From Marsupella aquatica (Eukaryota; Plantae; Marchantiophyta): a stretch of 64,000 nucleotides of DNA. The first letter of the stretch is position 1. Every line of letters starts with the position of its first letter. Location: positions 7,216,234-7,280,233 of the forward strand of contig OZ316894.1 of assembly GCA_973895155.1 (NCBI GenBank), in the 5' to 3' direction. The position numbers were made by a program, and so were the translations under genes. Shown in pieces: positions 35,931 through 49,777 of this stretch. The notes beneath the pieces were generated by a model, which worked only from the letters and a program-made list of their open reading frames with translations, ran no database searches and was not told the DNA's origin.

Positions 35931-37285
35931 CACTACTACATATTTGCCAATTTTGCGAAGGCGTTTTACAAGAGGAAGAAAGCTTTGCAAGATTAATCTC
36001 ATCGCTAACCTTGCGATACGATACGCATCGCACTTAGCGAATCTACACACATCGCAACACATAATTGCGAAACTTAGACCATCGCAACATTTTACGACAC
36101 TTCAGGTATCGCAAAACATTTCCGAAGCAATTACCATTGAACAAGTTAGCGATCTTTACCGCTTCGCAAATTCATTGAGATGCGCCGGAAAACTAAATGG
36201 TTGCGAATATTAAAGCATCTCAAAATATTTTGCGAGTCTTATTGTCTCGCAAATGAGCGATGTTTGTGGAATATATGGCTAACTTGCGATAGTAATAGGC
36301 TCGCAAATCCTGTGCCTGTCTAGGGTCTCATTTTGTGAATGTTTTGGTTTCGCAACTTTGAGATGGTGGTATCTTCGGAAGTTTGCGATGAGGGGATGAT
36401 GGCAATTAGGGAGCAGTTAAGTATCGCAAATGTAGCGATGAGTTTGCGGGTGTAGGGGTTTCGCAAGATGTTTCGCAAAATATTATGAGCGCTTCAAAGA
36501 GGTGGAAAAGGAATGGGATTGGGGAGGGAGGGTAAAGGAGGGTGGATACATGTAATTTTTAGGGAGGGACAATGAAAAGGAGGAGGAAGGGAATGGGGCT
36601 AGGAGGGACAAGGAACGGAGGGATCCAAGAGGGAGGATACAGGTTTAGGGGGCACAAGGAAATGAGGGAGGAGGAAGGGTATGTAGATATAGTTTTAGGG
36701 AGGGTTTGGATTTAGGGAGTGAAAATAAAAAGGAGGGAGTTTAGGGTTTAGAGAGGGACAAGGAAAGGAGGGAGGGTATTGGTTTAGAGAGGGACAAGGA
36801 AATGAGGGAGGTTTAAGGGTATAGGTTTAGGAGGGAGGAGAGAAGCTAGGTTGTATAGGTAAGAGTGGGGGACAGGGGTGGAAAGTAAGGAAAGTATAGG
36901 GTTGAAATAGAAAGCCAGGGGTTGGGACAAGGAGAGGAAGGAGGAAGGAGGGTTTAATAAGAGGGACAGACAATGAAAGAAAGGAGGAGGGAGGTGGGTA
37001 CAAGTAATAAGGAGAACAGCTAGGGGGGGATTAGGAAAGCATGGAGGATAGAGGACTACAAGCAACATGAGTTTTCTTTGCATAAAGTCTACCAAAAGGT
37101 GTGGTGAGTGTGGGGTAGGGATGGGAGATATAGAAAACAACATTTGAAAATGATATACTTACAAAACATAAGTTTATTGATAATTGAGAAGCGCATATTT
37201 CTCCATTCTACCGAGAAGAGAAATCTTCATATCATCAAATCTAACTATATATCCGTGTAGCTATATATCCACAAACACAGACCCC

Positions 37286-40200
37286 TCAAACTTGGTCCTC
37301 ATCATCTTCAGGTTGGGACACAACCAGAATATCAGGCTTTTCCCCAACGATTGAACGAGACCGTGGCACATATGTGATGACAAGTGACCATTCCTCTGGG
37401 TTTGGGGGGTATGGAATATAGAAACATTGTTCCACATGACTTGGAAAAGTGAACGGCTCTGATGTTTGCCAATGAGATGGCTGGAAACTAGTGGCAGACA
37501 TCTTCAGTCGTGTAAATCCACACTCATCTTGAACCACAGTAGGATTGTTACCTGCAAGGTTCACTTTGAACCACTTGCACTTGAAGACATACTCTTCAAA
37601 CTTTGATTATGCATCATAAGATATCACTAGAATCTCTTCTACCTTTCCATAATGTGGCACAACATCTCGAATAATATTTGTGTCATGGCGACTGCTGCGG
37701 GAATCTTGAGAGAATTGTCCTTGAACTCCACAATCAAAGGTACGACCCCTCTTCTCATCAAGGGAAGAAATCCTAAAATCCATAAACCATAAGGATATGT
37801 TACACAAAAATAGACACAAATATATTCCAATTAATTGAACACACCAAGAATCTGCCTCTTCAATATACGTGCTTGTATTACAAATGAATTAAATTAAACC
37901 AAGTGATTCAAATCAAAGGTTACTAAGGTAGATGGAGATCACCTGAAATGTCTTCCTTGTGTCCACATTGCTGTCCTTGTTGTAACCACTCTCAAGGGAC
38001 CATGAACAATGGTACGAACATCATCTGTGATAGCCGGAAAATGTAATACACTCTCTCCCCTGACCACCATGTCATCCACCTCAACTAACTTCTCCTTCAT
38101 ATAGTCAAGGTACTTTGGAAAAATCCTTGGTCTTGTGCTGTTACTTTTGGCATCCTCATAGAAATCCCTCCATTCTTCCATGATATTGCTGTTACTCAAC
38201 ATGAATGTGGTCAGTTGTTTCACCTCCACTGGTGTCAACATGCAAGTTTTCCTAGCACCTGTTAAACAATCCTCTTCATCTTCCCTCTCCTCTACCCAAG
38301 TACGGGGAGAGGTACAATCAATTGTGGCCAATATGGTACTACAATAGAACATACTCTCAGCTGCTAAGTATCCTGTAGCCATGCTTCCCTCAACCCGTGC
38401 ACGGTTACGTACATAACCTTTTAACACTGCCATGTATCGTTCTAGCCAATACATCCACCGACAATGCACAGGACCTGCAATGGCCACCTCATGAACAAGA
38501 TGAACAAGTAAATGCATTTGACAATCAAAAAAGGAAGGAGGAAGGGCCTTCTCCAACTTGCATACCACCTCTGCTGCCAAAACCTCCATCCCAGGGATCT
38601 CATCAGTATATATCTCCTTAGAGCATACCCATCTCAATAGTTTTCCCAATGACCAAAGGGCATCTTGCACTTCTTCACTTGCCAAACCTATTATGGCCAC
38701 AGGCAATATGTGCTGCAATAACCTATGGTAGTCATGTGTCTTGAGATACCTTGGCCACTTATGATTGTCCTCCATCCCAAAGGCCTTTCGGAGATTGGCA
38801 CCATAACCAGTAGGAAACCGCATGTCTCCTATGCGATTCTGAAACTCCCTTCTCTGGCCAATAGGAAGCACCCATGGAGCTGAAGGTCGATGCTCGATCC
38901 TTGTGATAGGATCACTTATGACCCACACGTCTGGATGCATCTCAAGATCCTCACAAGCCTCCCTGAAGTTAGTGTCTTTCTCTCCATAGAAAGCCTTTAT
39001 CAAAGCCTTTCCCACATTTCCCTCAATGTGCATGGGGTCTAATAGATGGCGGATCTTCAACTCACCCCAATAGGGCAAAGTGGTTAATATACTCCACCTT
39101 GTCAAGCCACTACCGTCAAATTGCATGGGATCCTCTGGGTCTGCCACTCTTGCAGCCATGTCTTTCCAGTGTGTAAAAGTTGTTGGCTCAGGTACATCAC
39201 GCTTGTCACCAAAGGGCATATCAATAGAGGAAAATAGTAGTGGGTCACGCCTCATCTGATGTCCCATTGGAAGAAACTTTGTATGCCCAAGATAAACAAT
39301 CTTGCGAAGATGTGATGAATACTTGGCTACATCACCAAGGCTTGGGCCACAAGTGGAGCAAGCCTTGTAGCCTTGGGTTTGCAACCCACTCACAAAGCCA
39401 AATCCTGGTCATATAAATGTTCACACATTATGTTAGGATTAGCACATGGAAATGAGGGGATACCATGCATTAGAATATGATGCATTTAAACAACAAAGTT
39501 CTTACCTGGGTAGTCATGCATGGTCCACATACAAACCCCTTTGAGTTTGAAAACCCGTGGGGTACCCCCTGTAGTCTTTCGACCATCATATGCCCATACT
39601 CCTTCCCATAATTTCTGGAGTTCCTGAACCAGTAATGTCAAATAGGTGTCCATGTTCTTCACCTTCTTTGGCCCTGGGATAATCAAAGATAGCAACAAAA
39701 AACCCTTTTTCATGGACAACCATGGTGGAAGGTTGTAATTCATGAGAACCACAGGCCAGACCGATGTAGGTCTCCCCTTCCCTCCAAGTGAATGAGGGCT
39801 AACTCCATCTGATGCCAACCCCAGTCGCACATGCCGAGGGTCACGCTCAAAATCTGGCCATGTTGATTCCACATGTTTATGAGCAGGAGAGTCAACTGGT
39901 AATCGCATGACACCGGGCTCCGAACGATGTTTCTTGTGCCATACCATCAACTCGGCCAAGTCAGAACATTTATACATGTGCAACAAGCGAGGAATTATGG
40001 GGAACCAACGAACTGCTTTCCTTGGTACCTTCTGGGTTAGCATGTTTGGCTCATACCGTGGCTCATGACACACTGTGCATTCTGTGATATGGGCTGTATC
40101 CCCGTGAAATAACATGCAATCATTCACACAGGCATGAATAATATGGTAATCCATACCAATGGATGAGAGAACCTTCTTTGCATCCTTCCAGGTCCCTGGC

Positions 40201-40682
40201 AACACATTCTCCGAGGGTAACATCAAGTCATGACAATATTCAAATATGTCTGATAACATAGAATTGCTTGTCTTGTGTTTAGCTTGAATGTTCAAGAGCC
40301 CCAATATGGCAGAAAGACGGCTCAACCGAGCACCCTCAAAAATAGGTGTTCGAGCATGTTCCTCTGCCTCTTTCCATTGTTGTTGTCCCTCTGGAGTATG
40401 TTGTGGCCGTGGGTCATTTGAAGGGCCAACCTCATGACCAATGTGAGGCACATCATCCTCAACATCGGCACCAAACCAATCAACCATGAAGTCATCCATG
40501 GCTCTATCTTGATCATGCATGACCTGGTCATCAGTCCGAGGTGCGGCTTCCTCATCAGCACCACCTACATCATTACTTGATGAGGAATCACCCTCTGATG
40601 GTTCTCCCTCTTCTGGCATACCCATCTCCCGATATGTTGCTCTCAACCTTCGTGGTAACATTTGTTGAGATGGTTGCGCATT
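37286..40682 (-). pseudogene. CACTA TnpD/Tnp2-type transposase, nearly intact
   Basis: ORFs 39486..40661, 37939..39393, 37607..37819, 37286..37564. Predicted introns 39405-39505 and 37773-37942. One lesion near 37607. Confidence 0.95.
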
Positions 40683-40893
40683 CTATGCACATTACAACCA
40701 AAAAACCTCCTCATGTATATTTGACCAAGTACAACAAATTAAAATAGACTTAACACCATTCATTCAAGACATTAAGAATTAAAGTAAATGCATGGGCTAA
40801 AACCTTATTACTCCAAAATGAGCCCAAAGGCCATATATATAATAGTAAATGGGAAGTCCAAAATAGGTGCAAGAGGATAAAGGACATGATTTC

Positions 40894-41724
40894 CTAATCC
40901 CACTCATAGTGTGTGAATAACTCATCTCCTGCTCTAATGGTCCTAGTAGCAAGAACTAAGCAATGGCCCTTATGATATGTCGTGCCATATGGTGCCGGCA
41001 TTGGACCATCAGTAAAAACCCACTCACAATTGGCCCTACGCTTGGGCCGAGTCCCCACAGTACTATTTATGAAACCAGCAATATTCCCATTACGTATGGG
41101 ATCACCATCTATCACCCGCTGCTCACTATACCTTCTAGTGCTACCATCAAAAGTATCCATCTCTAGAGCATATGTTTTCCACTCAGGATGTTGTGCAAGG
41201 ATCATGTTCCAATGTCTTCTCTTGTAGATGGGTCCACCGTATGGGAACAAAGTAGGACCCTCTCTACCACGAACACTTGACCCACCCTCCTCATCCATGA
41301 TGATATCCTCACAAGCAAATACTCCATATCCATGTCTCTCTCCAAGTGTGGAAGTTTTCACAATCCAACGTCTACCCCAAACCACAATCTCCTCATCAAA
41401 ATCTGTAAAATAAGGCAAGCCAAGAGTGATAGGTTCCCAATCCTTGATGATAGAGGCACACTTGCCAGTGAATGAACAAACACCCCACCTACCCTGAACT
41501 AGTGTTCTGGATGGGTCATTGGGTGCTCGTGGCCTCCTGTTGGATTGGGGCCTGGACCGGGGTCTTCGTGTCTCAGTGGGCACATGAGGGTGTTCCCCTT
41601 CTGTCCCATGATTGGTACTAATTCCCAAACCCAAGGCTTGTGAAAGTGCATTGCCTATAGCATCTAAAACTCCTTGTGATGGGACATAGGGTGGTGGTGT
41701 CACCAATCTACGCATACTGGATCC
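40894..41724 (-). CDS. SET-domain (protein lysine methyltransferase-like) exon, open frame
   Basis: GYGVFACEDI, PYGGPIY, IDGD...NIAGFINST, NCEW and ATRTIRAGDELFTHY. Acceptor AATAG|G at 41725/41724. Confidence 0.88.
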   Translation of the reverse strand, partial: GSSMRRLVTPPPYVPSQGVLDAIGNALSQALGLGISTNHGTEGEHPHVPTETRRPRSRPQSNRRPRAPNDPSRTLVQGRWGVCSFTGKCASIIKDWEPITLGLPYFTDFDEEIVVWGRRWIVKTSTLGERHGYGVFACEDIIMDEEGGSSVRGREGPTLFPYGGPIYKRRHWNMILAQHPEWKTYALEMDTFDGSTRRYSEQRVIDGDPIRNGNIAGFINSTVGTRPKRRANCEWVFTDGPMPAPYGTTYHKGHCLVLATRTIRAGDELFTHYEWD

Positions 41725-41833
41725 CTATTCCATGCAAACACCCACAAACAACCAAATGTGTAAACCATGTGTAAACATTGATTCACCTCTAAAAATAACA
41801 GTAAAGAACGGCAATCAATTGAAACAAACTTAC

Positions 41834-42047
41834 CATATGGGATGAAGAAGCCCCGGGAGTAAGACCTCTATCTCTCAATATGTTGAGCACACACATAAGA
41901 TTTTTGAGAAATTTGGCCCACACATCTGGTGCAGTCACAAAGTCTTCGGGGTGGACCACGAGGACCAGTAACCTCGGGCTGAGGAGGAGGGGTTATATCG
42001 TCATCAGAGGAGTACTCACTACTGGATAGTTCAGAGGAAGAGGACAT
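41834..42047 (-). pseudogene. First coding exon of the CACTA-2 transposase/SET unit
   Basis: MSSSSELSSS...LCDCTRCVG...HIER, then a small frameshifting deletion. Donor ATG|GTAAGT at 41834/41833. Confidence 0.65.
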
Positions 42048-42149
42048 ATCCACTGCCACATTACATTGCATGTAGGGCATGATTAGGAAAAATTAGGCCA
42101 TATATAAAGCGATTTTTAAAAAAATGAACTCAAAAAACAATTAGGTTGG

Positions 42150-43220
42150 TTTATACATGGGGTTTTATTACCCTTTTATATTTGTTAGCATGAAACCCAA
42201 ATTAAGGTGAGTGTCATGCAAGAAGAAACCACATTATAACCTTTGGGAAAATTGTAATACCCTATGTCCTAAGTGAGGTTAGATTATTACCTGAATGAGA
42301 CCCGGGCTCAACAGTGCCTATAGGTCACGTGGCTTTTGGAACATTTGCCAAATCTAGAAGTAGGAGGAAAATACTGGAAACAAAATGTAAGTTTGGATGG
42401 TAATTAGCAGCCATCAAGTTGTGGAATCTTAGACATTTACCCACATATATCATGGCACAACAAAGAAGGGCAAGCATAAAAATCTGTACTAACAACATTG
42501 ACTGTATACATGATGTTATACCTTTTAGATGCCCGGGTTCCCACAATGCATATGCATTAGACAAAAGTTGAGGTAGTAGTGTTGGCCCTGCGTTGTATCA
42601 TGATTACATGGGTTTTCCCCTCAATTGTTAGCATAAAACCCTAAACCCTAAACCCTTATCCCCCCTCGAGTGAAAGGTGAGTGTCATGCAATAAAAACCC
42701 ACCCTAGACCCCTGGGAAAACTCTAAAGGCCTAAGCCCAGAATGAAGTTGGACAATAATTACCTGAATGAGATCCGGACTCAATAGTGCCTGTAGGTCGT
42801 GTGGCTCATTGAACATGAGCTGAATCTAGAAGCACGAGGAAAATACTGGAAACAAAAAAGTAAGTTTGGATAGCCATTAGCTTCTCTCAAGTTGTAGACC
42901 CCCAAACATGTGCATATAGATATTCTTGCACAACAAAGAAGGGCAAGGTTTATGAACAATCTCTTTATCAAACCCTGCTAACATACATGTTTAAATATAC
43001 CTTTTAGATGTCCGGGTTCCCACAATGCATATGCATTAGACAAAAGTTGAGGAAGCAGTGATGGTCCTGCACTGGATCATGATTACATGGGATTTCCCTC
43101 AATTGTTAGCATAAAAACCAAAACCTCATCCCGCTTCAAGTGAAAGGTGAGTGTCATGCAATAAAAACCCACCATAGACCCTTGGGAACTCTAAAAGCGT
43201 AAGCCAATGAAGTTAGCAAA
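42150..43220. repeat. 470-bp tandem repeat, about 2.3 copies
   Basis: ggtgagtgtcatgca at 42206, 42676 and 43146, with long flanking similarity. Confidence 0.85.
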
Positions 43221-43927
43221 AACCTAAATGGTCAATTCCCTTCAACCATCCTATGCTTCTCTCTACCATAATTATATGCCACCCCTCTTGGTTACCCTCC
43301 TAAGATACCATAAAAGTAACCCAAGATACTATAAAACTGAAACCTCTCTTTCAAACCCTCCTAAGTTGGCCTAAACCCCAAAACCCAAAACATAAAACCC
43401 CTCCTAGCTCTTACCCTCCAATACATATAACCCCAACCTTCATAAATAAAACCCCCCTGCAAACCCAAAACATAAAACCCCTCGTATCTAAGCCAATCTA
43501 AGCCCAACCTTCACAAAAGAAACCCTCCCCTAACCAGGCCAAACCCCCTCCTCTTACCCTGCAATATAACTCCAATTTTCTAACCCCCCCAATCCTTATC
43601 TCATCACATCCCACTAAAATGCAACATAATCCTCTACATCTACCCCATTTAATGTTCATAAGCCCCCTTAGTATCCCTAACAACACATCAAATACACATG
43701 CGAGACGGGGGTTATGGCAAAACCAAATAGCGAAGGCTTTTGCGAATCTTGAAGCTTCGCAAAGATAGAATTTGCGAAGCTTTTTGCGAAGGCCGATGCA
43801 TCGCAAACTGCGATGCGAAACGAATCGCAAAGCCCAATATTTTGAATCCTTATGGATTGCCGAGCGCGGACAAGGCGGATTCAGTTCATTCAGGCTTGAG
43901 GAGAGCAACGAGGGCAAGGGTGGAGCG

Positions 43928-46024
43928 ATGGCGAGCGAAGAGGGGACTGGTGGTGATGGAGGAGCTTCTGGCAGCAGCGGAGGCAACCGAGGGGGGGGGA
44001 TCGATTGAAGGCGATTGTGGATGAGCATTTTTCGGTTGCACAGTTGAGTCAAATTGATTTCACCAGTCCAGCAGGGCTGGCATCATTGAGTGCCCTTCTG
44101 GGCCAAGCCTTGCAAGCAGGTCTCACTGCAGGGCAAGCAGCAGTGGAGGAGGATGCAAGGAAGGCAGCAGAGCAGGCGGCTGCTGAGAGGAAGCGAAAGA
44201 GGGACGAGAGAGCTCAGGCTGGAGTGCTCTCACCTCAAGCATTGGAAAAGAAGAGGAGGAAAGATGAGAGAGACCTGATCAGGAAATAGAGGGAGGAGCA
44301 AAGAAAGAAGGAGGCAGCAAGGAGGAAGCTGCCTCTGATTACTTTAGAGGATGAGGGGATTCCCACTGAGCTTGCTTACAATGGGGCCAAGAGCACAATC
44401 AGGCACATTGTATCCACAAATTTTGCAAGAGGAGTCGAGTGGGGCACTCGCTCAAAGGCAGAGCAGAAGCGAGTCATCAATCAGGTGAAAGATGCATTTC
44501 GAAATGGAGGAGAGATGGATTCACAGTGGCTTGCTGACAAAATTTCAAACTCCATGTCACAAGCTAGATACCATGATAGAATGAAGATCAGGTCTCACCT
44601 TAGAGATTTGGAGGAGTATAGGAATTTGCAGAGGTTGCTGCAATTCTCAGAAGATATCTGGCAGGCCTTCTACCAGACAGAGGTGAAGTTGAAAGCAGCC
44701 AGGCTCCTCAATGATTTCATAGAGAAGCTGGCAAAGGCTCGAAGGGCAAAGGAGGCCGGGAAGTCTGACCGGGACCTGAAGGTGATGGAGCAGAAGGTAG
44801 CCCAGCTCCAGCAGGTTGTAGCAGAAGTAGGCGATCCACCCAACAAGTTCCTGAAGGCAGCTGAGCGAGTCCGAGACAAGCCCAACATCACCCACAGGCT
44901 GGGTCAAGGTGGCCTCCCCGGCCTCAAAGCAGCATTCGTGAGTGCACCTCCCTCTCCTCCCTTGACTTCTTGCTACTCCAATTCCTATTCCAACACACCT
45001 GCAATGAGCCAACTCTTTCTTGCATTTCCACCAAGTAGTTACAATTAGACTTGTTGTGTCAGATTAGGTCACGTACAGTTGCTTCCCTCTCGGGTTTTTG
45101 CCATGACAGAGTTTGCGATACATTTGCGATGCGGGTAGCTTCGCAAATCCTTCGCAAACCTTATTATGCCCTTTTTTTGCTTACGTTTGCGAAGGCGTTG
45201 CGAAGACGTTGGCTTCGCAACCAGCTTCACAAACGTAATTGTCCTTATGATTGCGAAGCTGGCGCCTTCGCAAAATTTCAAAAATTTGAATTTTTAAATT
45301 TTCCGATCGTTTAAGTGTTCTTTGAGGGTCTTCCCCATATATGCCACCCTCCATAACCCCAAAACCTTGATGCACCACACCACCAGCCCCAACAAACCCC
45401 CTAATTTTTAGAAGCCATGTGAATCGGGTTATGGGTTGGTGTTAACCCAATTGTGCTGGTTTTGTTTTGGCTTAGTACAAGAGGTACAAGAGGAAGATTA
45501 CGGCGGCTGAGATGGAGGTGGGCCAGAAACATGGGAAGGAGCATCTCTTTCAGCAAGTTGATGAATTATTGGTGAGAATTTTTAGGTTATTACATTCATT
45601 GCAATTTTGAATGAATATCTCTTTTGTTCACACTTGTAAAGAATATGAGACTAACAGACACTCTGGTTTGCTAATGGAAGCAGGGAGGGGAGGATGGTGA
45701 CTCCCATACCGAGGGTGGCACCGATAGTAGTGATGAGGATGTGGAGGGGACAGGGGAGGGGAGCACAGCTCCTGCTACTCAAGCCAGGCCAACTAGCACT
45801 GGAGACTAGTCATTTGCATTAGCACGTTCCAGTGGTGCTGGGGGTGGTAGCGTGGCAAGCCAGGGCGGTGGAGGTGGGGATGAGGATGAGGATGAGGATG
45901 AGGGTGACCCCGAGGGTGACCAAGAGGAGGAGGAAGTCCAGGTTGCACCCCCCCAAGAGCACACAAGGGCAAGGAGAAGGCCAAGGGGAAGAAGGCAAGG
46001 AGGGGCAGGAACACTCCTTTCTAG
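43928..46024 (+). pseudogene. CACTA-2 accessory (TnpA/ORF2-like) multi-exon gene
   Basis: MASEEGTGG..., LSPQALEK, ITHRLGQGG..LKAAF|GTGAG and an acidic last exon ending KKARRGRNTPF*. Colinear with 10313-14033. Confidence 0.65.
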
Positions 46025-46811
46025 CTCGATGTAGACAAGTTGTAGCTAGAGCACTTACATCGAGTTCACATGTATAGCGATCAGCATGCATGGCCGTGGC
46101 ACTTTACCTAAGGGTTTTTACCCTTCCATTTTGAACTTTTGTACTTTTTCAGTAATGCCATTTTAATTGCGGTAGACTGGGTCAACATCACTTTCCTCCC
46201 TCCTTCAAAACCCATGAATGGTCTCCCTCACCCTCACCCTAACCCAAATACACAAAAACCCATGAAATATACATTTTGCGAAGCTTTTGAGAACCAACCC
46301 CCATCTCAAAGAGCCACGGTGAACGTATCGCAACCATTCCGAGGAGAAACATATCGCAACACTTGCGATGTTGTCTAAATCACAACCCTAGCAAAGACTT
46401 CCTCTCCACACGTTTGCGAGTTAAATGCCTTCGCAACAAAGCGGTCATCCGCTTCTCGCAATCTTACGAGTTTGTTTGCATCGCAAGTTATAGAGAAATT
46501 TAACATCGGAAATTGCGATGTAAATGTTATCGCAACGCGAGCGATTCATTTGTTCTTGCAAAATAATGAAATTTGTCGTTTCTTAAAATTTGCAAGGACA
46601 GTGCCGTCGCAACATTGCGGAGATGTTGCGACGTATTTAGAATCGCAAGTTGCGAAGTAGTTGCGAAGGGCCGTTTGCGAAGAATTTGAGATGGGAAGTA
46701 GCGAAGACGTTGCGATGCGAGTAAGTTCGCAAATTGGGTATTTCGGATTTTGTTTCCTTTGTATGATGCGAAGGGTGGTGGTTCGCAAAAGAGGTGCATA
46801 GTGTTGTAGTG

Positions 46812-47908
46812 ATTCCAGGGTTTCTAACTATGGATTTTGCAACCTCCATGGCATTGTCTTTATTGAACATCCTATATACCAATACTACAGAAGGCGAATC
46901 TATACTAGTGACAGGAATGTCAAAAGTTTCATTCATGCCAAATGTGTAATACTCCTCAATCTCCTTAAGAACTTTGGCTCCTTCTTTAACGCTCTTTTCT
47001 CCTGGAGCATCTCCTGGAGTGCCGTCATCATTGGTATGTGCAATCACACCCGAGGAAGATGCCGGAATGAGATCTACCTTGGGTGGCGTGGACTTTTTTG
47101 GAGGATGAGCCTTCTTCGCTTTGCTTTCGGGTTTGTCAACCCTCTTCCTCTTTTGAGACACCATTGCTTCCTTTTTGTCCAAACCGGACGTCTTGTCTCC
47201 TGCAGCTATGGATTTCAGTTTATCTGTTTGTCTCCGATGAGACAACACCCACTTTTTACAAGCATCATCGTCAAATTCTCTGGCTCCAAACACAAAATTA
47301 GGGGATATGGATTCAAACTCCCCCAATTTTGATTCCGACATTAGTCTCAAAACCTTCCACGTGAAAGGAGTCATGAATGCATCATCATGATCAAACCCAT
47401 AATTTTGACAATAAAGGAATCCAAAAATTATGTCGGCTCCAGATATAGGACTATCTTCAAGCAAATTACTTGCAGTAAAACCCTTGGGGAAGAACCCCAT
47501 TGATATCATGCTCAGTTGTTTCTTGGTTGCACGTTCAATGTTAAGATCGCAAGAGTAGTTTTTGGCGTGAAGTCTAATTAGAGCCCACTTCCCTATCTCG
47601 TGGTTCTCCACCGTCAAAACCATGTCCTTACCGTTACTCGTCACAATAGAAACAACAGGCCCTAGTAGGTTGCACACTAGAGGATCGACTGATGGAGACA
47701 TCGTCTTCACACAAATAATAGTTCCTTCCATGTCTTCAGTTTCAGCAAGCTCAATGGCCCAACAGAATCCAAATTGACCTTGTCCAGGGCAGGAAACCTC
47801 AATTGCATGTTCATCTTCGACTACCAAATTAGGCGATCCTAATTTTGCACCTGGTACAGCCAAAATGGTGCAATTGTCATAAACATGTACCACAAAACCA
47901 AGAAACAA
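46812..47908 (-). pseudogene. N-terminal part of the ParB/MTase-like gene, copy 2
   Basis: SMGFFPK and KVLKEIEEYYTFGMN..F.IP..SI match 1531..2823. Interrupted by CACTA-2. Confidence 0.7.
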
Positions 47909-49777
47909 ATAGGAGGCTCGAGATGATCTCTATCTTCCTTCATTTTTAGGACAGTTGAGTCGACAGTTTTATGCACTATAGTCTGACATGTTCCAATGCC
48001 ACATCTCATCCGGGGAATTTAAAAGAGATTTCAACCCCAAGAAATCTAAAAAGAGAACACAATAGTCAGGAACTACAAGAGGCTCGAGATGATCTCGAGC
48101 CACCATCTGTTTAAAAGAAAAAGACAAGGGCTCAAGATGATCTCGATCCTCAGATATATCAATTGAGGTTTTATTCCATTGCATATCATAAATCAGTCAA
48201 AAATGATCCAATGTCACCTATTCGACCACATTCAAAACCCTCTAACTCAATGGTTTGTCATCTTCACAAACGAGTTGGAGGACTAAGAAAGTGGTCCAAA
48301 AGGCAATCTTGGATCACATTGGATAGGATATTAGTAATTGAAGTAGATGACATGGAGTCCTTCCAACTGGAAGAAATCGGCCAAGGGATACGAATGAACT
48401 TAATGGAAGATGGTGATGAATATATTTGGCTCGAGACAATCTCAAGCCTAACATCTCAAACGAGTGATCCGAATATCATATTCAACAATGAACATCATAT
48501 TCAATCAATGATTAAAATCCACTTTCTCCATTGACTTCTCATACCCACAAACCCGTTTGGATGTCAATGATCATAACAAGTTGGAGGGTAGAGAAGTCCC
48601 TGGAGGAAGGAAATTTTAGATATTTTGGATATGATGTTCACTTTTGAATTATAAGAGCTTGAAGAAATCTGACTAGGTAACATGCAGGAAATGCATATTG
48701 GCTCGAGACAATCTCGAGCCTAATGCCACTTACATCAAATGCAAAATCAATTGATAGCACAAACTTTTGAAGCAAAGTAATGCAGAAAACATCACTTAGC
48801 TCGAGATGATCTAGGAGAATTATAAGAGCGCGAAAAAATCTAGAGGCAAGAGGACTCAAGGAGGCAAGGGATGCGAGGAGGCGAGGGAGGCGAGGAGGCG
48901 AATGTGCAAATGGGGAGTTCAAACCCCCTGAAGCCACTATAAGCCCCTCGGGGTCGGCCTTGAGGGCCGTGCCAAGCGTGCCACGGGCTCGTGCAGGCTG
49001 CCACGCAACCAGCTGGGTGCGTACAATCATTATTACGGTCACACGTGTTGTCATTATTGTTATCCATACTTCAGCCCTACCGCGAGTTTAGCCGTGCCAC
49101 AAGTTCAGCCAAGCTGTCTGATTGGCCTTTTTGTCAGTCAGGATTTTATATATTGCTTCTCTTTGCTCTCCAGCGGGTCATTCTTCTCATTTCGTTTCAC
49201 TATTCGCTTGTTGCTCCCTCTGCCTCTCTCTGCTCTCTCTCTCCCTCTCCCTCTCCCTCTCTTTGGCTCTAGATTTCTGCTCTGATCTCTTTCTATCGTT
49301 CTTTTTAAGGGTTGTGGACTCTGCGTTTGTGTTTAGGATACGTCGAGACATTATCATTTTAAGCTCTGAAGGAGGTCTAAAATAATTGAGCTCCTATCTT
49401 TTAGAAAACCAAACCTTTTCAACTTATACTAATGTTGGTCAAAATCCATTTGGAAGCCTTTTCCCTCTATTTGATGACCTTTTAGAAGCTATTTCTCAGT
49501 GTCTGGAAGTAAATTGGGAGCCTACTTTCTTAATTGCACCAAATCATACCTCTAGATCATCTAGAGCCATTTATATGTTCTTATTTTGGGTGGCTTATTA
49601 TTCATAATAGTATCTTTGTCAAATACAGTGTCTTTTTTGGCTCGAGATCATCTCGAGTCATAAGTTTGATCCTCAAAATTATTAACTTTTGCCTTCTAGC
49701 TAATCGTGCATTCGGTTGTCCTTCTTCTAATTGGGTTTGTAGATAGTCGGAGGTATAGAATCTGAATTCACTATTTA

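Larger units (their letters stand above)
35931..46811 (-). mobile_element. CACTA (EnSpm) transposon CACTA-2, full length, 10881 bp
   Basis: Ends CACTACTACA / TGTTGTAGTG. TSD ATT at 35928-35930 and 46812-46814. TCGCAA/TTGCGA subterminal repeats. TnpD transposase on -. Confidence 0.95.

Noticed and set aside
36500-37140. Purine-rich tract and 119-aa Pro/Leu ORF
   Set aside because: Low-complexity 3' region of CACTA-2. The ORF is a composition artefact.
42636-42657. Telomeric AAACCCT repeats
   Set aside because: Only about three units. Telo-box-like motifs are common in plant promoters and TEs.
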